In this document: positions 57,657 to 64,000 of the stretch, one piece after another
Layout of the letters: every line of letters begins with the position of its first letter
Numbering within the stretch: the stretch's first letter is position 1
IMG/VR virus record: IMGVR_UViG_3300044695_002580
Coordinates: 32,882-96,881 of that record
From: a virus
Length of the DNA: 64,000 nucleotides
Strand: one strand, 5' to 3'
Translations under genes and position numbers: made by a program
The notes under the pieces: model-generated
The model's input: the letters and a program-made list of their open reading frames with translations, nothing else
What the model was told of the DNA's origin: nothing
The model's database searches: none

Positions 57657-59243
57657 TTACCTGCTGAAGAACGGGGACGTAGAAACCTCTACCGAAGGCA
57701 TTGTCATGTCTAAGGTTAGAGCGCAGGCTATTGCCAAAGAGTCTGCATAGTCATCATGAGCATGGGCCTCGTCTGGAGCATGGGCTAAGAAGTTAGGTCC
57801 AGTGAACTTGGTCTCCAAATCCACCATTTGTTGGTAAAAACGTTTCCATCTACGCAACTGGCGAGTCTTAGCATGGGCAGGCCAACCGACCATACGACGG
57901 TCAATGAGGGCCTTGAGGTGTTTCCAACGCTTTGATTGCTCTGGCTGGCTACTGCCTATGGAATGTACTTCTGCTCTTGGGATGAGGAGTCGGAGTCTTT
58001 GTGCAACCGCATCACCCACGCCGTTAGCGTCAACCCCAACAGCAAGTACGTCGTAACTAGATAAGAAGTTAACGATTTGAAAATATTGGTCTTCCCAGTC
58101 ATCACCTTGTAGCTCCAGCCAATCTAGGACACGATGGTCAAAGTAACCAAACTCATCTGGACGGTCCCAGTCTACCCAGACTACTGTTACAACTGTAGAG
58201 TCTAACTTACGTGCAGGGTCAATACCAACTACCACAGGGGAACGGTGCCATGCCTTTACAACTTGTTGAGAGGTATCTCCAAGCTCATCCATGATGGCTG
58301 AGGTTACAAACATACCTCTTTCCAACAGCCACTTACAGCAGTATGACATCTGAAATTCATCGGAGTCTTCACCAATACGCAGTTTTTCTTTTTTGATGAA
58401 CTTCTCGTAGTTAGCATTGCACTTGGATACGTCGCGGTAGTCCCACTCAAAGTGATTCTGTCTACGCCCTCTTCCCGTCTGTCTACGCTTGTTGATTTGG
58501 ATAGAGCGATAGAAGTTGTTTTTGTGCGTAGTAGGTGTGCCTGTCTTAACCATTGTGCCTGAGTAGTACGCAAGCATAGGAGAGATAGACTTGGTAACAA
58601 CAAAGTCATCTGCTTCTTGACACTCGTCAATAACAATGAGGTGGAAGGATTTAGATTCAATCTTTGCACGTGGGTTAGCGGTCATCATCATAAGGCTACT
58701 GCCTGAGTTTTTTAATTTAATCTGTCGTGTAACCCCAGGCACTTTGCCTAGGCTATCGTCAATCTCAGGGTCGCCAAGAATCTCTTGTGCACGTTCACTA
58801 GTAAGCCTATTAACAGTACGACCAAAGAGTGTTTCTACCTGACCTTCAACTGGTGCAAACATACCAATCCAAACACCATTTGAGAACTTACCAAGAAGGT
58901 CTGGATACATCTTTGCAAGGCGTGGCAGAAGCACCATTAGCGTTGCTACGGTATTAGCAATTGTTTCAGACTTACCTGACTGACGTGCAGCTAACGCAGT
59001 AATTTCTTCACCATCATTAATCAGTACAGATTCAATAATGCGACGTGCAAGCGGCATCTGATAAGGGTGTAGCTCATGCCCAACTAGGGCGTTCATAAAC
59101 TCAATGCAACGGTCTATTAGTTTTTTTACAAACTCTTTAGACAGCTCATCTAGTTCCAGCTCCTCATCTTCGGGAATCTCTTCCTCTGGAGTCTCGGGTA
59201 GGAACTCGTCGTCATCTTCTTCTAACACAATGTTGTTGTCCAT
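57657..59243 (-). CDS. terL: terminase large subunit
   Basis: ARQSGKS Walker A, IVIDE Walker B, TGTP, VGIDP and HDD.ADS nuclease motifs. Confidence 0.93.
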   Translation of the reverse strand: MDNNIVLEEDDDEFLPETPEEEIPEDEELELDELSKEFVKKLIDRCIEFMNALVGHELHPYQMPLARRIIESVLINDGEEITALAARQSGKSETIANTVATLMVLLPRLAKMYPDLLGKFSNGVWIGMFAPVEGQVETLFGRTVNRLTSERAQEILGDPEIDDSLGKVPGVTRQIKLKNSGSSLMMMTANPRAKIESKSFHLIVIDECQEADDFVVTKSISPMLAYYSGTMVKTGTPTTHKNNFYRSIQINKRRQTGRGRRQNHFEWDYRDVSKCNANYEKFIKKEKLRIGEDSDEFQMSYCCKWLLERGMFVTSAIMDELGDTSQQVVKAWHRSPVVVGIDPARKLDSTVVTVVWVDWDRPDEFGYFDHRVLDWLELQGDDWEDQYFQIVNFLSSYDVLAVGVDANGVGDAVAQRLRLLIPRAEVHSIGSSQPEQSKRWKHLKALIDRRMVGWPAHAKTRQLRRWKRFYQQMVDLETKFTGPNFLAHAPDEAHAHDDYADSLAIACALTLDMTMPSVEVSTSPFFSR

Positions 59244-59262
59244 AATAACCTTAGTCTAGAGT

Positions 59263-59295
59263 AAAACAAAAACCCTGTGCTGGTAAGCACAGGGT
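59263..59295 (-). terminator. intrinsic terminator
   Basis: ACCCTGTGCT-4nt-AGCACAGGGT then TTTTGTTTT on minus strand. Confidence 0.72.
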
Positions 59296-59342
59296 CTTCG
59301 CACCATCACACGGAAGTAGAAGAGAGAGGTGACATTAGTGTA

Positions 59343-59597
59343 TCAGTTGGTCATGCGGGAGTGCAACTCCGCAACCACGGCGTGCAGAGCCTCGGCGCCC
59401 TTTACAGCCTCATCTAGATAGATTGGGTCTCTAGATTTTGCGTACTTTGATAGGCACTTGCCTATCTCTGTTAAAGCTTGTTCTGACCAGTTTTCAAGTT
59501 CCCCAGTTGGGATTCTTGATACCCGTCTTGCCACCTTCTCTGGGAAGGGCTTAGTCCACGCGGCCTTCTTCTTAAAAAAACTCATCATATTTACCAT
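59343..59597 (-). CDS. helical hypothetical protein
   Basis: 84 aa upstream of terL. Confidence 0.6.
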   Translation of the reverse strand: MVNMMSFFKKKAAWTKPFPEKVARRVSRIPTGELENWSEQALTEIGKCLSKYAKSRDPIYLDEAVKGAEALHAVVAELHSRMTN

Positions 59598-59862
59598 CCT
59601 CTGGAACCCAGGCTTTTCTTCCCTTCATAGCTCCCAAGACTATCCTATCGATAGCCTCGTCGTCATCAGGGGATATTAACGGCTTCTTGTAAAAAACGCC
59701 AACATAGTAGCCAGGTTCAGTAAAGGGAAGCCTAAAGACTAAGCACTTACCTTTTCTAAACGGGTAATCAGTTTCTTGGGTAGAGCCAACCTCTACTACA
59801 GGCAATAGTTTTTTATGCCAGTATCGTAGTTTTCCGCCGTATAGTGGTCCGATAGTTTGCAT
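59572..59862 (-). CDS. hypothetical protein
   Basis: 96 aa, TAATG coupled. Confidence 0.6.
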   Translation of the reverse strand: MQTIGPLYGGKLRYWHKKLLPVVEVGSTQETDYPFRKGKCLVFRLPFTEPGYYVGVFYKKPLISPDDDEAIDRIVLGAMKGRKAWVPEDGKYDEFF

Positions 59863-60365
59863 TAGTTGCCTTGTTGTCGTCTTTCGTCTAAGCCTTCTTC
59901 TAATATTAAAGTCTGCTGAAGTCTAGCAGAAGACTCCGCAGCGTACTCAAACCTTGTTCTTTGTTCTTCTGTCATCTCTAACGGGTCAGCTGGTCCCATA
60001 GTAGGCCACCTATCTAGACCACTAGATGCTAGATACTTACCAGTAGAATCTGTGTTCTTTAAGTTTTCAAAGTGAGAGACAGGGCAGTCCTCGTATTCCC
60101 ACCATGCGCCGTCCCTAAATACAACATATAAAGAACGCTTATCAAAATCATAAGCAATTGCTTTTGCTCTTGGACGTATTGGGTTTGTAGTATTAGCAGC
60201 TAACTGCTTAAAACCTTCGGATGGAACAGCGACCTGAAATCTTTGGTCTACTGGGGTATCTACGCCAATCTTGTCAGCCATGCCTTGGGCAAGGTTTAGT
60301 ATTCGATTAGATTGCTCTTCTCGGTTTTCAAAGTACCTATCGTAGTTATTTTTCTTTTTAGCCAC
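59862..60365 (-). CDS. KTSC-domain protein
   Basis: IAYD....LYVVFRDG..WEY..CP...F......STGKY. Confidence 0.75.
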   Translation of the reverse strand: MAKKKNNYDRYFENREEQSNRILNLAQGMADKIGVDTPVDQRFQVAVPSEGFKQLAANTTNPIRPRAKAIAYDFDKRSLYVVFRDGAWWEYEDCPVSHFENLKNTDSTGKYLASSGLDRWPTMGPADPLEMTEEQRTRFEYAAESSARLQQTLILEEGLDERRQQGN

Positions 60366-60624
60366 AGATATGGTCCTCAGTTTCAGACTCTTTAACTCTT
60401 ACCAGACAACGGGCACAGCGAAGGTACTTCTCTGGTTTAAAGTTGTTCTGTGCGGTAGCGCCAGGCTCAAACTCTACTGCCTCGGATGCGCTAACAATTT
60501 CAGGTTCAGCGAACATCTCATCAGGAAACGGCCCCCTAGGGGCAGTCACCTTTTTAGGAACTGGGTGTGTTTGAACGGCCTGTCGTCTATCTACGCGTAC
60601 TGCGAAGATTGGCTCATCAAACAT
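60358..60624 (-). CDS. hypothetical protein with C-terminal C2HC zinc motif
   Basis: CARC...HIC. Confidence 0.6.
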   Translation of the reverse strand: MFDEPIFAVRVDRRQAVQTHPVPKKVTAPRGPFPDEMFAEPEIVSASEAVEFEPGATAQNNFKPEKYLRCARCLVRVKESETEDHICG

Positions 60625-60863
60625 TACTCGGCCTTAGGTTCCTCTACAGGCTCTTCTTCTTTTACAGGTTCTTCTTCTTTTGTAGCCTTCTTCTTAGATG
60701 GCTTCTCTTCAATAAATTCTACGAGCGGGAAATGGCCGCTATCAGCACGTTCTTGTAACCAGTGTGGTAAACAAGGTGCACAGTAATTAACTGGGTTTAC
60801 TCCAGGGTCTGCACATGTATACAGAGCGTCTTTATCACAGTTATCGCACTTTACTTTTGCCAT
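60624..60863 (-). CDS. small zinc-finger protein
   Basis: CDNC...YCAPC; GGAGG RBS. Confidence 0.65.
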   Translation of the reverse strand: MAKVKCDNCDKDALYTCADPGVNPVNYCAPCLPHWLQERADSGHFPLVEFIEEKPSKKKATKEEEPVKEEEPVEEPKAE

Positions 60864-60882
60864 CAGGTCCTCCTAGTAATAA

Positions 60883-60908
60883 TGGGAGGGCAGTTGCCTG
60901 CCCTCCCA
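60883..60908 (-). terminator. terminator-like hairpin
   Basis: TGGGAGGGCAG-GCAA-CTGCCCTCCCA. Confidence 0.6.
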
Positions 60909-60913
60909 CTAGT

Positions 60914-61108
60914 TTACTTGGAAGCTCCGATTCCGTAAGCCTTATCCTTAGGATTTAAGGCCTTGGCTAGAGGACCGACTAGACCAGCAACAAACGCGTT
61001 AACGAGTACTGATGGGTCTGTCTGACCTGCCATATAGAGTGCTACAACGGAAGCGAGCGCTGCGCGGATATATGACCCTGCAGCTGCTACTAATTGTTCC
61101 TTGTTCAT
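60914..61108 (-). CDS. probable holin
   Basis: Two hydrophobic helices; SY.RA...LNP.D.AYG actinophage-type pattern. Confidence 0.65.
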   Translation of the reverse strand: MNKEQLVAAAGSYIRAALASVVALYMAGQTDPSVLVNAFVAGLVGPLAKALNPKDKAYGIGASK

Positions 61109-61150
61109 CTTGCTCCTTTTACCCCTTGTGATAGTGGGGGTAGGAAAATA

Positions 61151-61402
61151 CTACTCGTTCTTTCCAATTTCCGCTAGGTGCTGGGTAAACTGACCTTCCA
61201 GCTTAGCGACGCTAATACGCAGCTCGGTTATTTCTGAGTGGATTTGGTTAACGGTATCTTTCATCGAACCGCCACCGTTCGGCTTCAGTTCGTGAACAAA
61301 ATTCTTTAGGTATGATTTGAGTACCCATGAAGTTGCTGCGATGATAGCAGCTCCGAAAGCTGCAAATCCTGAGAGGACCCCAGCCCATTCAACTAATGAC
61401 AT
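61151..61402 (-). CDS. single-TM membrane protein with coiled coil (lysis-cassette type)
   Basis: TM then ELKPNGGGSMKD.V motif; start reassigned to ATG 61402 (AAGGA RBS). Confidence 0.65.
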   Translation of the reverse strand: MSLVEWAGVLSGFAAFGAAIIAATSWVLKSYLKNFVHELKPNGGGSMKDTVNQIHSEITELRISVAKLEGQFTQHLAEIGKNE

Positions 61403-61534
61403 AACACATCCTTTTTCTAATATAGAATATAGGTGTGTGTTGTCCGATACGCAAATAAAATGCGGAAATACGTACATATATTAAATATGTAAATATGTTA
61501 TTTGTCTCAGTATAAAAAATATATCTACTTCGGC

Positions 61535-61564
61535 TTGACTCCCGCTGTAACACTGTGGCACTCT
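61535..61564 (+). promoter_or_regulatory. sigma70-type promoter for SLT gene
   Basis: TTGACT-N18-CACTCT with TG extension. Confidence 0.5.
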
Positions 61565-61618
61565 AGTTCTTGAAAGGCTCCAGTAATGGAGCCTTTTGCT
61601 ACTGAGAGGAGCAATTAA

Positions 61619-62164
61619 ATGCTTAATATCAGAAAAGATACGATGGATAAGGTGGCTGTATTTGCAATGTACACGCTGTTGATAGGAGGACTCCCGCACG
61701 CAATTGCTAACGCAAATGAAGCGGGTGGGACGCCTGAGACAGCTGTGACAGTACAAGTAGATACTGTGGACCCACTTGACCAATACAGAGGAGCAAAAAA
61801 ACTGTCAGATACAGAATTAGTTGAACTGCTTAGCGCGGTTGGTTTTGAGGGAAAAGCTCTCAAGGTCGCCTACGCGGTTGCTAAGAAAGAGTCTAACGGT
61901 CGCCCTTTAGCCCATAACGGAGACGTTTCTACAGGAGACAACTCCTACGGGATGTTCCAGATTAATATGCTGGGAAGTCTCGGAGAAGATAGACGGGAGA
62001 AATTTGACCTCAAAACTAATAAAGACCTCTTTGAGCCCGTGACTAACGCACAAATTGCGTATCACATGTCAAACGGTGGAAAAGACTGGTCTGCCTGGAA
62101 AGTATACCCAGGCCAGAAAAATGGAGAAAGATACGAGAGCTTCCTAAGGGAGTTCCCAAACTAA
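61619..62164 (+). CDS. secreted lytic transglycosylase (SLT/lysozyme-like)
   Basis: N-terminal signal-like segment ending AIA/ANA; KESNG, D.SYGMFQIN, N..IA, W.AW. Confidence 0.85.
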   Translation: MLNIRKDTMDKVAVFAMYTLLIGGLPHAIANANEAGGTPETAVTVQVDTVDPLDQYRGAKKLSDTELVELLSAVGFEGKALKVAYAVAKKESNGRPLAHNGDVSTGDNSYGMFQINMLGSLGEDRREKFDLKTNKDLFEPVTNAQIAYHMSNGGKDWSAWKVYPGQKNGERYESFLREFPN

Positions 62165-62178
62165 TAAACCTTTAACAT

Positions 62179-62212
62179 AAAAAAGCCCCCAGCCAATGGC
62201 TGGGGGCTTTTT
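62179..62212. terminator. bidirectional intrinsic terminator
   Basis: A6-GCCCCCAGCC-AAT-GGCTGGGGGC-T5 between convergent genes. Confidence 0.88.
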
Positions 62213-62224
62213 GCTTGGGGGAGC

Positions 62225-63154
62225 TTAAGAAGCTGCTGCCCAAGGGGTGATTGTAATTGTTGCTGTTGTAGCGATTGAAGATGCTCCAGCTGCTGTGCTC
62301 TGAGCCTTGATTGTTCCAGCAACTGCCACAACTGCTCCAGTAAGGCCTGTAAGAGCCAATACTGTGGTTGCTGTGGTTGTAACTGTGAATGTGTTGTCTG
62401 TAAGGCGTGTGACTGTGTATGTGCCGTTAACAGAGGCGTCAACAGATGAAAGGGTAACGCGGTTACCTGTAACAAATCCATGTGATGCGTCTGTAATTGT
62501 TGTAACGCCTGAGCCTGCTGTACGTGAAGCTGCTGTAACAACTCCAGCTGCGTTTGTAGCTGCTGTAGCTGTTGTAATGTTAGCCAACTCGTAGCCTGCA
62601 TCCTGTAGGGCATCAAGTGCCAACGCTGTGGTTAGACCAAGAACGTTAGGAACGATGATGTTTCCGCTGCCTGCTCCGTCGTACGCAGTTACTGCGTTTG
62701 TAGCCTCAACGCGACCACGTTGACCTGTGATAAGGCCACCATTAGCTGCGTTTGTAACAGTGAACTGCTGCTGGTTAGCAGAGGCTACTGTTGCGCTTGT
62801 TAGGTTGTAAGAACCTACTGAAAGACCTGTAATGTTTACAACATCTCCTGGTGAGAGGAAATTAAAAGACTTGTAAGTTACAGTTGTGCCGTTACCTGAA
62901 GCCTCAGTAACGATAAAGTTACCAATAGCTGGGGTGTAAGCAGGGTATCCTGCCCAACCTGATTCTACGTTTACGTGGTTATCAAGTGCTGGGTTAAGAC
63001 GAGCGCTGGCTACCTTAGTGGTCTGTGACCAACCGTAGTCGCCTGTAGAGCCGCCTGTGTTTGTAACTGTGGCCGCACGGTCGTCGTTTGGATGCATAGG
63101 GACGTTACCCCATACAAAATCGACCGCCTGTCGACCTGAAGAGTCTACTGACAT
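62225..63154 (-). CDS. PASTA-domain, Thr/Ala-rich protein
   Basis: VPNVLGLT...A...L..AG and GTI.AQS..AG PASTA halves. Confidence 0.7.
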   Translation of the reverse strand: MSVDSSGRQAVDFVWGNVPMHPNDDRAATVTNTGGSTGDYGWSQTTKVASARLNPALDNHVNVESGWAGYPAYTPAIGNFIVTEASGNGTTVTYKSFNFLSPGDVVNITGLSVGSYNLTSATVASANQQQFTVTNAANGGLITGQRGRVEATNAVTAYDGAGSGNIIVPNVLGLTTALALDALQDAGYELANITTATAATNAAGVVTAASRTAGSGVTTITDASHGFVTGNRVTLSSVDASVNGTYTVTRLTDNTFTVTTTATTVLALTGLTGAVVAVAGTIKAQSTAAGASSIATTATITITPWAAAS

Positions 63155-63210
63155 TTTGTACCTATTCTCTAGAGTGGTATGTGACGCCTGATATCGGGGG
63201 CGCTGGTACT

Positions 63211-63245
63211 AGTATCTAAGAGAACGGGATGCCTGTCAGGCTGAA
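63211..63245 (-). promoter_or_regulatory. conserved late promoter-like motif
   Basis: TTCAGCCTGAC-N18-GATACT. Confidence 0.6.
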
Positions 63246-63270
63246 TATCCAGAGTTATTCTGTACTGACG

Positions 63271-64000
63271 TTACTTGTACACGTTCTTTACAAAATCTTT
63301 ATCATCAAAATTTAAACCCATCTCTTTTTGTAACTTGGCAAAGCCCTCCATGTGGTCCTGTATGCCGTATACCCCAAGGTCCTCGCCACGGAATAGCTGA
63401 GCTAACCTAACTCTTGACTGAGCATCTCTAACACCCCACAGCTGATTATCAATCCAGTGAAAGTTTCTTCGACCGTTATCTCTATCAAAGTTAGTCCACA
63501 GTACGTTTACTGGTGGGGCTATCAAGGTAACCCCGTTGAGGATTAGTCGGATTCCTAAACTGATTTCCTCTCCCAAAAAATAAATATAGGGGTCATAGGG
63601 AGCTCTCATAAAAGCCTCAGAACTTCCAAAAGCAAAATTAGCGCAGAAAGCATACGCCTTATCACCATTGACTTTATCCTCTAGAGGTTCCCACTCAAGT
63701 AGATATAGCTGCTCTGCCTCTCTCCATATGGGCCCTGCTTTATAAAAATCTTCATCTGTTGAAAACTTCTCTACACCACCGTTATCCCAATCAAACGTGA
63801 ATCCGTGAGGGTACTTAGTGAGTATAAGAAGGTCTCCCCATACGCATGAAAGCCTGTTGTAGGTGTCTATTAAGGTTTCGTCCCACCCATCCGCAACCCT
63901 GGAGTGAGAATCAGTGTGTAGAAAGTACTTGTATTGTTTAGAAAGCAACGAGTTTGCCAAATGACGGCCAGAACAAGCACCGTCAGCCAATCTATAGTCT
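63271..64000 (-). CDS. GlcNAc transferase of the Skp1-hydroxyproline GlcNAc-transferase (GT60) family; 5' end beyond window
   Basis: G.C..R, DSH.R...WD..LI, LT.YP, PYDP..YF.GEEI....R motifs. Confidence 0.75.
   Translation of the reverse strand, partial: DYRLADGACSGRHLANSLLSKQYKYFLHTDSHSRVADGWDETLIDTYNRLSCVWGDLLILTKYPHGFTFDWDNGGVEKFSTDEDFYKAGPIWREAEQLYLLEWEPLEDKVNGDKAYAFCANFAFGSSEAFMRAPYDPYIYFLGEEISLGIRLILNGVTLIAPPVNVLWTNFDRDNGRRNFHWIDNQLWGVRDAQSRVRLAQLFRGEDLGVYGIQDHMEGFAKLQKEMGLNFDDKDFVKNVYK

Noticed and set aside
61540-61618. c-di-AMP (ydaO) riboswitch before the SLT gene
   Set aside because: Leader is too short and lacks the recognisable conserved segments
1-64000. Alternative genetic code, introns or inteins
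   Set aside because: Core genes (polA, recA, dnaB, terL, portal) are intact and of normal length under the standard code

Overview
Continuous 64-kb segment of a large contractile-tailed (myovirus) dsDNA phage, most likely infecting an actinobacterium (WhiB, PASTA-domain protein, actinophage-type holin). Almost every gene is on the minus strand. In transcription order (right to left): GlcNAc transferase (runs off the window), PASTA protein, one plus-strand secreted lytic transglycosylase, holins, terminase, portal, scaffold, N4-gp56-type major capsid protein, collagen and Gly-rich fibre genes, GT2-TPR glycosyltransferase, a cluster of tiny Lys-rich proteins, sheath/tube/tape measure/baseplate, then replication and recombination genes (initiator, DnaC-like loader, DnaB, primase, dNMP kinase, SNF2 helicase, three tRNAs, SSB, PolA, RecA, resolvases, Cas4-like nuclease, WhiB) and accessory genes (SpoVS, Hsp20, metallophosphoesterase). 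No integrase, CRISPR array, rRNA or IS element was seen. The most notable observations are: a start-less tail-chaperone extension that seems to need a +1 frameshift at TTT-CGT; an exactly spaced promoter-like motif (CCTGAC-N18-GAYAMT) found three times before late genes; a spike protein with a His-rich segment inserted inside its OB fold; recurrent RBS-sequestering hairpins; a probable collagen-glycosylation pair; and a candidate dormancy/cell-wall control set (WhiB, SpoVS, secreted SLT, PASTA, Hsp20). All product calls come from motif recognition by eye, not from database searches.
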